Assembly: GCA_023265535.1 (NCBI GenBank)
Contig: JAHFTI010000005.1
Location: forward strand, 1 to 62,120
Length of the DNA stretch: 62,120 nucleotides
Origin: Opitutaceae bacterium
GTDB lineage: Bacteria > Verrucomicrobiota > Verrucomicrobiia > Opitutales > Opitutaceae
Reading direction: 5' to 3'
The translations under genes were made by a program, and so were the position numbers. Shown here one piece after another: positions 61,415-62,120 of this stretch (position 1 is the stretch's first letter; each line of letters starts with the position of its first letter). The notes beneath the pieces are model-generated. The model worked only from the letters and a program-made list of their open reading frames with translations, ran no database searches and was not told the DNA's origin.

Positions 61415-62120
61415 CATGAAGTTCCCCCTGCAGTCCCTGTTCGCCAGCCTTGTCCTTGTGATGGGTCTTTGTCTTCCCTGCCTTGCGCAGACGGGGGGGA
61501 GTTCGCAGGGCATGAAGTTCGGTTCCGACCCTGCGCTGAAGGCCGTCTTCCGCAAATTCCAGTCCTTCTCGGGGGAGGTCCAGGTGAACATGGTGCAGGA
61601 GAAGACCTCCCTTAGCATGCTGGTGCAGCTGGAGGTGCGCTCGGGCAATTCGCGCACGGAGATGGACATGCGCACATTCAAGGGTGCGGAATTGGAGCAG
61701 GAGTCGGTGGACCAGATGTTGTCGCTCGGCTTCAATCCCATGGTGACGCTGACCCTGGAGGACGGGGCCCTGATCTATGTGCTTTATCCCAGCCTGAAGG
61801 CGTATGCGTCGCAGAAGTCCACCCTCAAGCCCCAAGGTGAGGTGAAGGTGGTGGAGAAGGATCTGGGGGAGGAGTCGGTGGAGAGCCATCCCTGCGTGAA
61901 GCGGCAGGTCATGGTGACGGTGCCTGGCTCCAAGCCCAAGGAGATGATCGTCTGGGTGGCCAAGGACATGGGCGAGTTTCCCGTGAAGGTGGAGTACAGC
62001 GAGAAGGGCGAGCCTTATTCGCTGTCCTTCAGGAAGGTGGTTTTCGCGGAACCCGCGGCCACGCGTTTTGAGCTTCCGAAGGATTACACGGCCTATGCCA
62101 GCGTGCGGGACCTGATGCAG
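61415..62120 (+). CDS. secreted protein, unknown function (partial, runs off the right edge)
   Basis: My own translation from ATG 61415: MKFPLQSLFASLVLVMGLCLPCLAQTGGSSQGMKFGSDPALKAVFRKF... There is no stop before the window end, so it is absent from the ORF track. It may have a LolA/DUF4412-like fold, but that is a guess. Confidence 0.5.

Noticed and set aside
1-62120. CRISPR arrays, tRNA/rRNA genes, transposases, integrases, prophage or defence-system genes
   Set aside because: Reading the intergenic regions showed no regularly spaced repeats or cloverleaf-like sequences. I recognised no nuclease, helicase, recombinase or toxin-antitoxin-type ORFs. The absence of ncRNAs cannot be proven without covariance-model searches.

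Overview
High-GC (roughly two-thirds G+C by eye) bacterial chromosomal window. The gene content looks Verrucomicrobia/Opitutaceae-like: TonB-dependent receptors with LSPFEV/LDPFSV plug starts and many ATGA-coupled operons. That lineage call is inference only. All protein calls rest on motifs I recognise in the supplied translations, because no searches could be run.

Layout:
- 0.8-21.2 kb: dispersed arginine-biosynthesis genes (argJ, argB, argD, argF, argG), interrupted by a methyltransferase, a DUF3142-like/TPR-lipoprotein pair, and a glycosaminoglycan-type polysaccharide utilisation locus. The locus holds GH88, a TonB receptor, heparinase II/III, a LacI regulator and an MFS transporter.
- 21.9-25.7 kb: a 1268-aa TonB-dependent receptor that follows an anomalous AT-rich spacer.
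- 25.8-29.7 kb: small stress/redox genes (VOC, YceI, LysR, ChrA).
- 29.9-33.6 kb: rpmH-rnpA-yidD-yidC-yebC.
- 34.4-47.6 kb: the most interesting region, a translationally coupled aryl-polyene/xanthomonadin-like type II PKS-lipid operon. It encodes 2 ACPs, 2 ketosynthases, a CLF-like protein, 2 acyltransferases, a GT2::LolA-like fusion, an MMPL exporter, a B12-radical SAM enzyme and an AMP-ligase. A chorismatase-like gene converges on it, and no KR/DH/TE genes are present.
- 49-62 kb: housekeeping genes (lysA, gpsA, tlpA-like, pdxJ-acpS-nnr-dprA), another TonB receptor and a two-lobed aspartyl protease with a PDZ domain.

Two DNA-level signals are not explained by the genes. One is a co-oriented CTTAACGG(G/C)(T/G)CAAG-N10-ATTG box in front of three PUL transcription units. 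The other is an over-represented GTAT-N11-(A/C)TAC motif family with longer shared flanks, found in coding sequence (in different frames) and in intergenic DNA.

No tRNA, rRNA, CRISPR array, transposase or integrase was seen. Many long ORFs in the track are antisense or off-frame artefacts of the GC content.
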